This document shows, piece by piece, positions 18,404-28,770 of a DNA stretch of 64,000 nucleotides. The stretch lies in contig JAQTZZ010000002.1 of NCBI GenBank assembly GCA_028687545.1, forward strand, positions 74,087-138,086. Reading direction: 5' to 3'. Each line of letters starts with the position of its first letter. The stretch's first letter is position 1. The DNA comes from Candidatus Wallbacteria bacterium (lineage in GTDB: Bacteria; Muiribacteriota; JAQTZZ01). The translations under genes and the position numbers were made by a program. The notes under the pieces are model-generated. The model had not been told where the DNA came from and did no database searches. It was given only the letters and a program-made list of their open reading frames with translations.

Positions 18404-19366
18404 TCAGGACTTGAGATTATCCTTCAGGTACTGCAGGACTGCAGCCTTGAATTTGGGATTTATTTCACTCGCTCCGATCAGGGATTCAACAACTTCGTAA
18501 GTCAGGTCCTGGCTTTCGCTCTGTATGAATTCGGAAAAGTCGGGCCTGGCCATTGGAGAACTTTTTTTCGCGATCAGTTCCGAAAGATAAGACATGGTAA
18601 AGGTCTTGATCTTGTCTTCAGGGCTCATTTTCTGGCCTTCTGCCAAATTAGGCTCTCCCACAGACATCATGTTCACCCGCTCGTAATTGGCAGTGAGTTT
18701 ACCGGAATCTGAAGATCCGGATGGGAGCAGATTCTCATAAACCCCGCTGTTCAGGACCAGCTTGATCCCTTTTTTATCTGCAACTGTTTTCAGGGCAGTC
18801 TTGATTTCAGCAAGAATCCTGGAAGTTAACTGGGCAGCTTCCCCGGTGGTGTAGAATTCCACTGAAGATTCCGACTGCTTTAACTGCAATTGCTCACTGT
18901 TCAGTTTCAGAGTTTCCAGTTCCAGTGAATCCAGCTTGTCCTGATATGGCTTCATGGCACGCTCAGCCTCGTCGTGAAACTGGAGATTCAGCTTGGCAAT
19001 GTCCACTTTGCCGGTCATTTTTTTCTGCTGCTCTTCAAAGAGGCTGCTTTTCATGCCGAGAATCCTGCTGCAGGTCTGGTTTTTCTCAGCTGCCAGATCA
19101 TTCAGCCTCTTGGCAATTTCTTCATTCCGCGTCTTATTCCTGGCTTTCAGCCTGTCTTTTTCGACGCTGCGGGTTTTCCTGGCTTCTTCAATCGCACTGA
19201 CAGTCAGTTTTCCCTCTACCGGACGCAGAAAAGTCCCTGCTTCAGGATAATAATAAAGAATTGTCATGGGATGATAATAAAAAGCCAGGTTCAGATTGAT
19301 GGTTCCGACAGGTTCAGCGAGCAGGGTTGAACACACCATCAACAATGTCAGGACTGAATATTTCAT
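18404..19366 (-). CDS. Skp/OmpH-like periplasmic chaperone paralog (320 aa, coiled-coil rich), upstream of giant gene A
   Basis: It has a signal peptide. A post-signal motif EPVGTINLNLAFYYHP resembles the Skp N-terminal beta-strand. A long K/E/Q-rich coiled coil follows. The segment VADKKGIKLVLNS resembles the Skp C-terminal AKKGY..ILD segment. The 4-bp ATGA overlap with the upstream ORF suggests translational coupling. Confidence 0.45.
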   Translation of the reverse strand: MKYSVLTLLMVCSTLLAEPVGTINLNLAFYYHPMTILYYYPEAGTFLRPVEGKLTVSAIEEARKTRSVEKDRLKARNKTRNEEIAKRLNDLAAEKNQTCSRILGMKSSLFEEQQKKMTGKVDIAKLNLQFHDEAERAMKPYQDKLDSLELETLKLNSEQLQLKQSESSVEFYTTGEAAQLTSRILAEIKTALKTVADKKGIKLVLNSGVYENLLPSGSSDSGKLTANYERVNMMSVGEPNLAEGQKMSPEDKIKTFTMSYLSELIAKKSSPMARPDFSEFIQSESQDLTYEVVESLIGASEINPKFKAAVLQYLKDNLKS

Positions 19367-20235
19367 CTTGCTTCCTCCTTATTAAGGGCATTAACGAGCA
19401 TTTCCTGCAGTTCAGAAGCGAATTTATATTTTTCAAAAATTCCCTGCAAAATCTCCAGGGAATAATCAGCTCCACCATAGACGATGAATTTATCCCTGTC
19501 AGTCAAGCTGTTTAACCTGAATTTAAATCCCTGGCTCATGAAATATGAAAATCTCTGCCTTTCCTGTTCAGTAAAACTGTCTTTGTCCAGGGCGCACAGA
19601 TCGTTGATATGGTAAATCACAGAAGCGGCAGAATTGATACTTCCGGGATAAAATATGATCCTCTCGACCTGATGCGCCTTTTTAACCTTGCTGATCCCTT
19701 CATTAATATCCGTCCAGATCTGTTTTCTGATTTTTTTCTGCTCTTCCTGCGTCGCTGAATATGCTGAAAAACTCTTCATGATTTTATCGATTTTTCCGCC
19801 TACTTCAATCAGTTTCTTCAAAAGTACACTCTGCAGGGCAAGATATTTTTTCTCTTGTTCTGAACTTGGTTTTCCTGTTTCAGTTTTTCTGTATTGATTT
19901 ACAAGGTCTGATCTCTGAATTTCGATCCCCTGTTTCTCCTTGATCAGGGTATTAAGCTCTTTTTTCAGTTCATTGTCTCCCTGCTCGGAATTTGCGATGA
20001 AATCCCTGCGGACATAGGCAAGGCTGGCCTGGCTGAATTCGTTGTTTTTCAGCGATTTGAGCGAAATGAACCCGTCAGTGTCAGGCAGATAGAAGAAAAC
20101 TGTGTAAGGGTGGAGCCTGTAAAGCAAAGCCAGATCCACACTGCCGAAATCAGCACAGGCTGGAAAGATGACAGCCAAAACAGCGGCGAAAAAGAGCCTT
20201 TTCATATTTTCCCTTTCCGACTGAGTCATGCTCAT
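19363..20235 (-). CDS. Second Skp/OmpH-like chaperone paralog (290 aa), first gene of the operon
   Basis: It has a signal peptide. The motif DFGSVDLALLYRLHPY parallels the N-terminal motif of the neighbouring paralog. A coiled-coil region and a KKAHQVERIIFYPGS segment follow. Confidence 0.4.
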   Translation of the reverse strand: MSMTQSERENMKRLFFAAVLAVIFPACADFGSVDLALLYRLHPYTVFFYLPDTDGFISLKSLKNNEFSQASLAYVRRDFIANSEQGDNELKKELNTLIKEKQGIEIQRSDLVNQYRKTETGKPSSEQEKKYLALQSVLLKKLIEVGGKIDKIMKSFSAYSATQEEQKKIRKQIWTDINEGISKVKKAHQVERIIFYPGSINSAASVIYHINDLCALDKDSFTEQERQRFSYFMSQGFKFRLNSLTDRDKFIVYGGADYSLEILQGIFEKYKFASELQEMLVNALNKEEAR

Positions 20236-20309
20236 TTCATGCCGACAAAGATACAGAAACTGAAATGCGTCAATAATTTCGGCATTTCATGTATCAGAAA
20301 ACTGACTAA

Positions 20310-20338
20310 ATTCTATCCGCGATTCTATGATCTGTCAA
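20310..20338 (-). promoter_or_regulatory. Sigma70-type promoter (TTGACA-N17-TAGAAT) for the Skp-like/Skp-like/giant operon A
   Basis: On the minus strand, TTGACA (plus-strand 20333..20338) is followed by a 17-nt spacer GATCATAGAATCGCGGA and then TAGAAT (plus-strand 20310..20315). The whole ~65 bp element is conserved upstream of operon B at 31640..31707. Confidence 0.5.
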
Positions 20339-20437
20339 CTAAATCTGGCATGTTTTACTGCCAATTCCGGGGGCAGTCAGGATCATGGCAGATCCTTCAG
20401 ATCTCTGTCATGGTATAATTAAAATTTAAAGGCTTCA

Positions 20438-21700
20438 ATGTTATGTTTGAAATGCAGGAGATCTCCAGTGCCTGGTAAGGTCAAAAATCTTTTTCTGCTG
20501 CTCACTTTTGTGACTGTTCTGCATTTTATCGTGTTTTCCTGGCTAATGAATGTCGTCCCCCTGCTGAGCGGGATTTCCGGTTATGACTGGCCGACTATGC
20601 TGCTCCTGCTTCTCGGAAATCTCTGGTTTGTTTTCTGCGGCTTGAAGTATCAGGAAAACCAGGAAGACTTCCGCTGGAGCCTGTATCTTTCCGGCTACCT
20701 GCTCCTGCTGGTTTTTCTCTTCCTGCTGAATCGAAGACTTCTGTTGTTCCTGATGGGGGTCTTTCTCTATTCCGGGATGTATCACAACAGGAATCGGACA
20801 GTTTATCTCTTCATTTTCCTGTTTTCTCTCATTGCATTCAGCGCTTACTGGGTTTCAGGATGTCTGCTCTTATCTTTCATCTACGCTGTTTTAAGCGGGC
20901 TATGGGAACGCCTGAGCAGCGGGTTTGAAAAAGTGCTGGCCTTGTCGGGCGGACTGATTCTGCTGCTGGTGATTTTCCCGCTGCTTAACCTGCTTTTCCA
21001 GTATCAGCCCCAGACCCTGATCAATGCCTGCAGTCCGGAAATATGGAATGCCATGCAACTGAGTGCAGTCACAGCATTGATCTCGACTCTGATCATTCTA
21101 GTACTGGGTGTCCCGCTTGCCTATATCATGGCCAGGAACGATTTCAGGCTGAAAGCCGCAGTCGATGCTTTGATCGACCTGCCGATCATGGTTCCTCAGA
21201 CAGCGGCAGGAATCGCCATTCTGGTCCTGGTCGGCCCTAAAACACCTCTGGGAGACTTTTTAGCTCAGCAATTCGGAATGTCTTTTGCCGGAACAGCCAT
21301 CGGCATTATCTGCTGCCAGATCTTTGTCAGTTTCCCATTTCTGGTACGGTCTGCGATCAATGCCTTTGAAGCGGTGGACGCGAAATTCGAAAATGCCAGC
21401 CGCTCGCTGGGTGCATCTGCAGCCCTGACTTTTTTCCGGATCACCCTGCCACTTGCCGCGCCTGGGATTTTCAACGGCTGCATCCTGAGTTTTTCCAGGG
21501 CTCTCTCCGAAGCAGGCAGCCTGATGATCGTAGCTTACAGGCCGAGCACGATCCCGATCATGATCGATGACACATTCAATCAGTTCGGCATGCGGGAGGC
21601 TGCCCCGATCACAGTAGTGTTTGTGGGCATCTGCTTCTGGGGGTTCATTTCCCTGAAGTGGCTTTATGAAAACCAGAAGAGAAGGCTGAAACAAGCTTGA
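20438..21700 (+). CDS. ABC transporter permease, molybdate/tungstate/sulfate (CysTW/ModB/WtpB) type, with an extra N-terminal membrane domain of about 170 aa
   Basis: The C-terminal half carries the BPD-transporter fold and EAA-loop region ENASRSLGASAALTFFRITLPLAAPGI. The N-terminal 170 aa are hydrophobic. The true start codon is uncertain. Confidence 0.7.
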   Translation: MLCLKCRRSPVPGKVKNLFLLLTFVTVLHFIVFSWLMNVVPLLSGISGYDWPTMLLLLLGNLWFVFCGLKYQENQEDFRWSLYLSGYLLLLVFLFLLNRRLLLFLMGVFLYSGMYHNRNRTVYLFIFLFSLIAFSAYWVSGCLLLSFIYAVLSGLWERLSSGFEKVLALSGGLILLLVIFPLLNLLFQYQPQTLINACSPEIWNAMQLSAVTALISTLIILVLGVPLAYIMARNDFRLKAAVDALIDLPIMVPQTAAGIAILVLVGPKTPLGDFLAQQFGMSFAGTAIGIICCQIFVSFPFLVRSAINAFEAVDAKFENASRSLGASAALTFFRITLPLAAPGIFNGCILSFSRALSEAGSLMIVAYRPSTIPIMIDDTFNQFGMREAAPITVVFVGICFWGFISLKWLYENQKRRLKQA

Positions 21701-21716
21701 TGTTACTGGAGGAAAT

Positions 21717-22661
21717 TTGAACAAATTCTTCGACGAACCGTTTCTGCCGGTGATGGGAAGCTGGTTCGACGGTTTTCCGTTAGCCCTGATCTCCCTGCTT
21801 CTGATAGCAGGGATGATATTCATGATAAATCTGCGGAATGCATGGCTGCAGCGGGCGAGGCGGGCCGTCCAGACCATCTCCCTGCTGGTTTTTGCCCTTT
21901 TCGTGTATCAATGCCTCTGCCTGATGCGGCTTTTCATGTTCGGGCTCGGCGAAATCGGAAAAAACGACCTGGTTTCATTCTCCCAGCTGAGCCTGTTTGC
22001 CGTAGTCGGAGGATTCTCGTTTTTTGCGGGACGCATTTTCTGCGGCTGGGTCTGCCCGCTTGGATTTCTGCAGGAAATAGTGAATTCAATCTCCCCGGTG
22101 AAAGGAAAAGCTGCTAAACTGATCCTCCTAACAGCATTGTTCTGCACAGCCCTGGTCACCATGCTCAGAACCTTGCCGGCTAATGAATTTGCAGTGGAAT
22201 ATGTCACTGCTGTCTTCGCCTTTCTGATGATGATCAGCCTTTTCCTGCTCCTGATCAGCCCGGCCCTGGAGCAGGCTCTGATGAACTTCCGTTATGTACC
22301 GATGTTCGTATATAGTGCGCTGAGCCTCTTGGGTATTTATTTCAGTGACGCCTGGTGCTCGCTCTATGGCTTTGAGGCAGACACCTCCTCACTGATCTCG
22401 CTCTGCATTGTCCTGTCAGCCTCGTTTATCGTGGCCACTCCCTGGTGCAGATTCATGTGCCCGACAGGTCTGTTTCTGGCTCTTATCGGAAAAGACGCTT
22501 TCTACAGGCTTAAGCTGGGCCATCTGCCTCCGATACACGAACCATGCAGGCAAGCCTGTCCGTCAGGCGCGATCAGTGAGCAGGGTATAGACTGCCTGCT
22601 CTGCATAAGCTGTGGAACCTGCAAGGAAACCTGCGGTTCGAAGTACGGTTTTTTCAAGTAA
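21717..22661 (+). CDS. NapH/MauN/FixG-family 4Fe-4S polyferredoxin-like integral membrane protein
   Basis: The diagnostic CxxCP motifs FCGWVCPLGFLQE and WCRFMCPTGLF are present. The C-terminal tail CRQACPSGAI...CLLCISCGTCKETC is a ferredoxin-type cluster. Multiple TM helices are predicted. Confidence 0.7.
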   Translation: MNKFFDEPFLPVMGSWFDGFPLALISLLLIAGMIFMINLRNAWLQRARRAVQTISLLVFALFVYQCLCLMRLFMFGLGEIGKNDLVSFSQLSLFAVVGGFSFFAGRIFCGWVCPLGFLQEIVNSISPVKGKAAKLILLTALFCTALVTMLRTLPANEFAVEYVTAVFAFLMMISLFLLLISPALEQALMNFRYVPMFVYSALSLLGIYFSDAWCSLYGFEADTSSLISLCIVLSASFIVATPWCRFMCPTGLFLALIGKDAFYRLKLGHLPPIHEPCRQACPSGAISEQGIDCLLCISCGTCKETCGSKYGFFK

Positions 22662-22672
22662 TAAATCTGGCT

Positions 22673-23605
22673 CTATTTTAAGATTTCAAGCGGGACGTTT
22701 TTTGATCCGCCAGGTGCAGGATCAAAGAAATTCTTCTCAACCAGGTCTGAGCGTGACAGGAGCATCCTTCCAAATTTCAATGCTGTTCCGCGGTCAGGGG
22801 CATCATTCGGAATTGTGAACGCATACCTGATAGGCCCGCCTGTCAGGGAGACCGTATTTTTACCGCTGCCTGTCACTTCAGTGGTAACCTGGGAATAGAA
22901 CTGGGCCTCCATAGTGCTTCCCATATTGATCCTGTCAGGCAGCCGGATGAACTTGAGATGATACTTCTTGGCGGATGATTCATAGATGAAGGCATAATCC
23001 AGCGAATAGTTCTGAAGCCTGGGAACAAGCTGAGACTCAGTCTGGCAGACATTGTCAGGTCGGCAATTGGCTTTAAGCATAACAGCGATGCTTCTGCCTC
23101 CCAGTTTCTCCCGATAGACTATGTCTGCAAGCTCCCAGCAGAACAGGGTGCGGTATCCAGCAGGTTCAAGGTTGGGATCGACACGCCCGAATTTCACATC
23201 CGGCCTGGCAAGGATTTCATACCAGTTGTCAGCTGTCAGCTCTGTTCCATATTGAGAGTGCTCTCCGTATGCGACAGTCATCCTGCTTCCTGCAAAATCA
23301 GCATACCAGTCTGTGAATTCAGGGATCAGCAGTCGTTCAATCACCACATAATCCGCCACTGCGATGACGTCAGCTCTGCGTTTCAGTTCAGTAATCTTCC
23401 GGCAGGCGGCAAAACTGCCTGAAGGCTCAAGCACTATCTCCACACCCGGTTCTCCTGCCTCGAACTCAGCTTTCATGTCCTTCATCAGAGCGGTCAGGCT
23501 GCTGGCATGAAAGACAACCAGTTTTTTCTTTTCTCCGCATCCCTGGCAGAGAGTGAAAAAAGCCAGAGTCAGCAGAAGCAGCAGGCGTTTTCCCGAAAGG
23601 TTCAT
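22673..23605 (-). CDS. Periplasmic substrate-binding protein of a molybdate/tungstate (ModA/WtpA/TupA-like) ABC transporter
   Basis: It has a signal peptide. The N-terminus LVVFHASSLTALMKDMKAEFE...GVEIVLEPSGSFAACRKI is typical of ModA/WtpA-type PBPs. It is a paralog (~55% aa identity) of 31772..32716. Confidence 0.65.
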   Translation of the reverse strand: MNLSGKRLLLLLTLAFFTLCQGCGEKKKLVVFHASSLTALMKDMKAEFEAGEPGVEIVLEPSGSFAACRKITELKRRADVIAVADYVVIERLLIPEFTDWYADFAGSRMTVAYGEHSQYGTELTADNWYEILARPDVKFGRVDPNLEPAGYRTLFCWELADIVYREKLGGRSIAVMLKANCRPDNVCQTESQLVPRLQNYSLDYAFIYESSAKKYHLKFIRLPDRINMGSTMEAQFYSQVTTEVTGSGKNTVSLTGGPIRYAFTIPNDAPDRGTALKFGRMLLSRSDLVEKNFFDPAPGGSKNVPLEILK

Positions 23606-23707
23606 AATTACCCCTTGAAATCATTATCAGTATGACATTTTAGCCTCTGCCATATCAAGTAGTAATTTGGAGGTGTTTTCCTGTATAATTGATTTCACAA
23701 GGCCAAC

Positions 23708-24403
23708 ATGACGATGAAGATATTTCTGACCCTGTTTTTTTTTCTGCTTTTTTCTGGAACTTCGAATTCATGTTCAGCCTATAATTTCAGAAACTCGACC
23801 TTCAACGACATCAAGCGAGCCTCAGCAAAATCGTTTTTCAAGATCATTTCCAGCATCAATGGATTCGAAAAATGCGGCACAGCCGAGCTTGAGTCCCTGA
23901 AGTCCCGCTGGAGCGATGTCTCAGTATCCTGGACCCTTTTCCAGACCAAAGTGGAAAACTGGCTCAGGCTGATCCCTGATGAAACTTCCGTGAAAGACTG
24001 GAATGCCGCGTTGGGAGAATTTCAGCGGATTATCGGAAAAATACACGGAGAAATTGCAGCAGGAAGCGGGGAAACAGCGCTCAGCGAGATGACTGGACTC
24101 AAGATCGATCTGCTGCTTTTTTTTCATTTCAATCCCCTGGATACATCCAGGGATGCGGCAAAAACCGGGGACCGCGGTACTATGATCATAGTTTTTTCGG
24201 ATGTATCCTGGTTTAAAGATGAACTGCCGCCTGAACTTGTGTTGTTTCAAAAGAAAATCGGGGAACTGTACAAAAATTTTGATGAGCCGCACAGGAAATC
24301 CTTCCTGGAATGGAAAGAAGATCACAGAATTGTTCTGAAAAAAGTGCTGGCTGATTATTTCGAACATCACAGCTGGCTGAGACGGTCAGGGGAAAATCCT
24401 TAA
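23708..24403 (+). CDS. Small secreted protein of unknown function (231 aa), paralog of 32713..33375
   Basis: It has a signal peptide. The conserved core LFQTKVENWLRLIPDE is shared with the copy-B paralog. Confidence 0.45.
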   Translation: MTMKIFLTLFFFLLFSGTSNSCSAYNFRNSTFNDIKRASAKSFFKIISSINGFEKCGTAELESLKSRWSDVSVSWTLFQTKVENWLRLIPDETSVKDWNAALGEFQRIIGKIHGEIAAGSGETALSEMTGLKIDLLLFFHFNPLDTSRDAAKTGDRGTMIIVFSDVSWFKDELPPELVLFQKKIGELYKNFDEPHRKSFLEWKEDHRIVLKKVLADYFEHHSWLRRSGENP

Positions 24404-24434
24404 AAAGGGCACGGTTTCCCGTGCCCTTTTGGTT
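24402..24434. terminator. Bidirectional rho-independent terminator between the small secreted protein gene (+) and giant gene B (-). It is the same sequence as 13181..13214.
   Basis: The sequence AAAAAGGGCACGG-TTTC-CCGTGCCCTTTT lies between two convergent stop codons. Confidence 0.8.
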
Positions 24435-27400
24435 CACTCATGATTGTATTCGATTCTGGTCTTCTGTCTCTTCAGCAGTTCGTCCATCAGTTTGGTGTCC
24501 AGGATCCAGAAAGGCACCAGGATCGCCCTGGTATTGTTGGATTTGTCTGTGACAGAGATCTTGAGCAGTTCAGGTTCCAGCGGCAGTTGCTCGAAATCAA
24601 GGCGTGTGCTTTCCTTGAACTGCGTGAAGAAGATGGCATGCTTATGGCCTGTGTTGTCTGTCATGATCGGGATATTCTCAGTCGGGAGATTGATCCAGGC
24701 CCCGTCCGGATCGGTAACGCCAGGTGTTTTCTTGACTTCGATCTTCACATTACCGGCGAATGTCACAGGGAACGCTCCATTGTGTCCCTCGATCAGGTTG
24801 TGGGAGATGAATGGCTGGTTCTCGATGCAGTCCACATTATCCCTGGCCTTGACTTCGAATGCCACTCTCATGTCCTCGTCTATGCCTAGCACATTCGGTT
24901 TGTCAGGAGTCTTGTCTCCTATGTACTGACTGAAATCGAAAAACTCCGCTTTCATGTAGTTGTTACCCGGCATCGGCTGATCAATTGCATCGAGAGAATA
25001 TACATTCTTGTCGATAAAGTAATCGAAGATGTTCAGGGGTTTGTCGACAGTCTCGTCATTCCCATCAACCAGCCTGGGCTCATTTTTCCCGTCGCCTGTG
25101 ACTATGATCCGGATTTTTCCGCGCTCGCTGGTGCCGTTGTTAAGCGGATTCAGTCCGGTCCCGCCCCATTCCGTATTATCCACAAGGGCAGTCAGGCCTG
25201 GAGTGGTGGAGTCGTCGATTCTGGTGCCGCCCATGCCTTCATCCCCGAATCCATATTTCGGTTCCAGGAAGATGTCATCCCTGTCGTCATCCGCCACCTG
25301 ATACTTGATCACTCTGTTCAGTTTGGGAATTACGACAGTGAATGACAGTTCAGGCGGGTCATTGTCGTGTACCAGCAGCTTGGCAGCATACTTCCATGGG
25401 GCAATCGGATCTACTGCCTCACCTGCAGCTTCCGGAGGTATGATCGGAGTGCCGTTGGAATTGAGGTAATTGCCCTTGCCGTCTGTGCCGTAGACATACC
25501 AGTAAAGGTAACTGGCATAGTTTTCAGGCAGCGGACCCACGGTGTCTTTTGGGTTGTATAGATAGAGGAATCTATGCATGTATCTCATGAGTCCGCCCAA
25601 TTTTCCGGGCTGGCTCACATGGTAGTAACTGGAATCATCAGGAGGGGTATCCACTGACCCGATCAGAAGTGCGAAATCATCATCTATCTTGCTGTCACCG
25701 CTCAGGTCTACCAGGGAACCTTCAGGGATCTGGACGCTGGTATCAAGCTGGCTCTGGTAATCAGTGTAAACCGAGTCCACTGTGCGGTCCTGCAGCTGGT
25801 CGAAACGCCTGTTCCCTGAGTTGGCGGTCGGGTTTTCGATCTGGACCCTGAGCTTGAAATCATTGGGCTTCAGTGCCACATTGGGATTGTTGTCCAGGAC
25901 CACATACTGGATTTCCCTTGGGAAGAGGTCGGCTGTGGTGCCGCCGTCCGCGTAATCATCAGTGACGTAATAATATAGAGCCGGGCCCTCTGTATCCACG
26001 ACTTCGATCTGATACCCGAAATCCTTGGAATTCGGGGAGGCTGTGTCTATGTCATGATAGCTGGTATGCCTCTTGGTATCGCAAGTCAGGTCATAGTAAT
26101 TATACTTTGGAGGTACGACATCAGGAACCTGGTCGCGGGGTTCCCATTTCACGCACGGGTAATCGAAATCCAGCCAGAGATAATAGCAGGCGAATTTGGA
26201 ATCAGGTGCGCCGGACAGAGGCATCACAAATTCAAACAGCTTCTGCTGGGGTGTGAGATTCAGCTTGACTTTGAATACTTGCCTGTCCGCGAAGTTCGGA
26301 GGATTCCAGGTGTCCCAGGGCACTGTCTCGTCCAGCGGCCCATCTGTATTGTTCCTGTATTCCACCACTGTGTCGTCTGACAAATCTCCTTTTTTGATCA
26401 TGGTCTGTGTCCAGCGATAGATGGGCGTACCTGAACTGTTATCAAAGATGAAGGCACCCACATACCAGTGGTATTGGATTTCGCCCCAGTCCTTTTTCCT
26501 GTCTAGATGGGAGTTACCTGCGCCAGGGTCGAGCTGAGATGTGCCGAAGATTCCGGTGCCATTATCGTTGCTGACAGGAACGTCAATCCCATTATAGGGA
26601 TAGTCCTCCAGAGTGGATTTTCCGTCACTGTTGATGTCAGCGCTTCCGCCTGCGACCAGGTCGCCCGGGCTGCCGGTCAGACAGGCAGCCTTGTCGTTGA
26701 TGTCAGTGTTCACAGAAGGTTTGTAATTGTTGGGCTTCCGGCCGTCTCCGCCTGGCGATGGCTTGTCGTAGTTCCAGATGCCCACACCATCATAACTGTC
26801 CACTTTGGATGTGATCGATGCGTCTCCTAAATGGTACTGGAAATACTTGCCCCACTGCACATAAAATGTGGCGTAAATAGGGACTCCGGTATCCTCGTCC
26901 ACCTGCTGCGGGGCATGGATATTGACCTGATGGATGTAACCCGGGGTAGGCGCATTTTCGTTGCCAACATGCACCACGTGTTCTGCGATGAAGTTCATAT
27001 TGGATTTTTTCCAGGCATCCGGAGGATTTGACGGAGTGTAACCTCCGGGCAGGAAGCAGGCAGCGCTTCTCCAGTCAATTGTGGAAAAACAGGAGGTGGC
27101 CATGGCATAACCGAGGGAAACGCGCTCATCAATGAAAGAAGGATATTTCATGGTTTCATAATTATAGCGCTGATATACTCCCATCACCTGGATTTTGTAA
27201 ATGCCGCGGTCCCTGAAGAGAATCTTGAATCCCTTGCGCTCGATCTGGGGCTGGCCGCTGACCAGATACAAATAGTTGTCAGGCTCGTTGGTTACCTTGA
27301 TGTCAATCTTCACGCCCTGGCCGGCATTGGTCAGCACATTCTGGGGCTGGCCGTCGATCACAGGAGTGACAGTCGGATCTACTTTCTCACCTGTGACTTT

Positions 27401-28770
27401 GTTGCCGCTCGTGGCATTTGGCATCCAGAACTCATAAAGCACATTGTTGCTCTGCAGCACATCGATCACCCGCACATAGTAAATCAGACCAGGCCCTGCA
27501 TTCGTGCCCTCGATCAGTCCGATCGGGTAGCCGCCTGTGAATCCGTTGAAATTCACCGGCTGATGGTTCTTGAGTGTCTGTTCTCCGTAATTGTTGTTTT
27601 TGTTCAGCCGGTCGCCTGCGAAGGAAGGCGGGTTTTCAATGTAATAATCGCACCATTGGTCTTCAGGAACATAGTCGTCATTGGGTTTGGTCGGATCCTT
27701 GGGCTGGATCGGATTCATGCTTCCGTCAGTGAGCGCGAAATCCACATGTGATATGTCGTCGCCTGCGATCGGAGGTCCTGCGATATTGACCACAGCAATA
27801 TCCAAATCCAGTTTTCTAACATCGATCCCTGAACTCAGGTCCAAGACTGCTCCATGACTGAACTGAGGATCCCAGACCACCTGGTTTCCTGCCATCCAGC
27901 CATAATCCTGGCGCAGGTATAAATTGCCACCGATGAAAATCTTGAACATCAGGTAATGGTCTGCAATATTGTTTTCCTTGACCCTGTATACACGGTAATA
28001 CCAGCCGTCAGACAGTACGGAGACCCATCTTTTTGTCAGAGCTGCCTGTGCAGGTGTGGGGGGAGGATCACCGGGCAGCGGAACATAGGTGTAATCCTGC
28101 AAGTTCTTGATCTGATCAGGAGGCCAGGCAGTGTCCGGATTCCAGCCTGCAGGTTTCTGTTCCTGGGTCCTGATTCCATAATAAATATTCCCGTTCCCGT
28201 CGGCTGCGATGGTTTCGATTGTACCTGGAATTGTGGCAGGAATTGAGAAATTCATCGTATTGTCCTCAGTGGGGCTTCCTGAGAGGCCTCCGCTGGGGTC
28301 GATCTGGTAACCGCCGATCATCTTGGAGCGATTGAAAGAGCGGAGGTCAGGCAATAGTTCGTATTTGATGCCGCCCAGCCCGTCCCACTGGTCGCAGACA
28401 GCCATTTGAGGGGATTCCGAATAATAAAACCAGTCAGAGCTGCGGTCCTTGGTAGCTGCGCCGATGGAGATCGTTCTGTCAGGAAGGTTGCACTGGACGA
28501 AAGCGGCAGTCATGGCAGTAGGCTTCATATAGCCAATTCCCTGGGCATCCGTTTCCACTGTTTCCATCTGGCCGATCTTCAGGATTTCGTCTGGAATCGT
28601 GGTATAGAAATACCGGCGGCCTGTGCAGCTCACTGCGATGTCCATGTGGCCTGTGGGGCTGACGATCGGCTGTTTGTCATAGTTTTCTCCCGGAGGGGAA
28701 TCGCCGCAGGATGCTCCCAATGCCTCATAAGAGTAATTACATTGAAACAGGTGAAAAACCTGTTCAAATG
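24402..28770. repeat. High-identity duplicated tract copy B
   Basis: See the matching tract at 13181..17530. Confidence 0.6.

Noticed and set aside
21717-22661. Calling the 4Fe-4S membrane protein napH of a periplasmic nitrate reductase
   Set aside because: No napA/napB/napG or nos/mau structural genes lie nearby. Only the family assignment is supportable, not the pathway.
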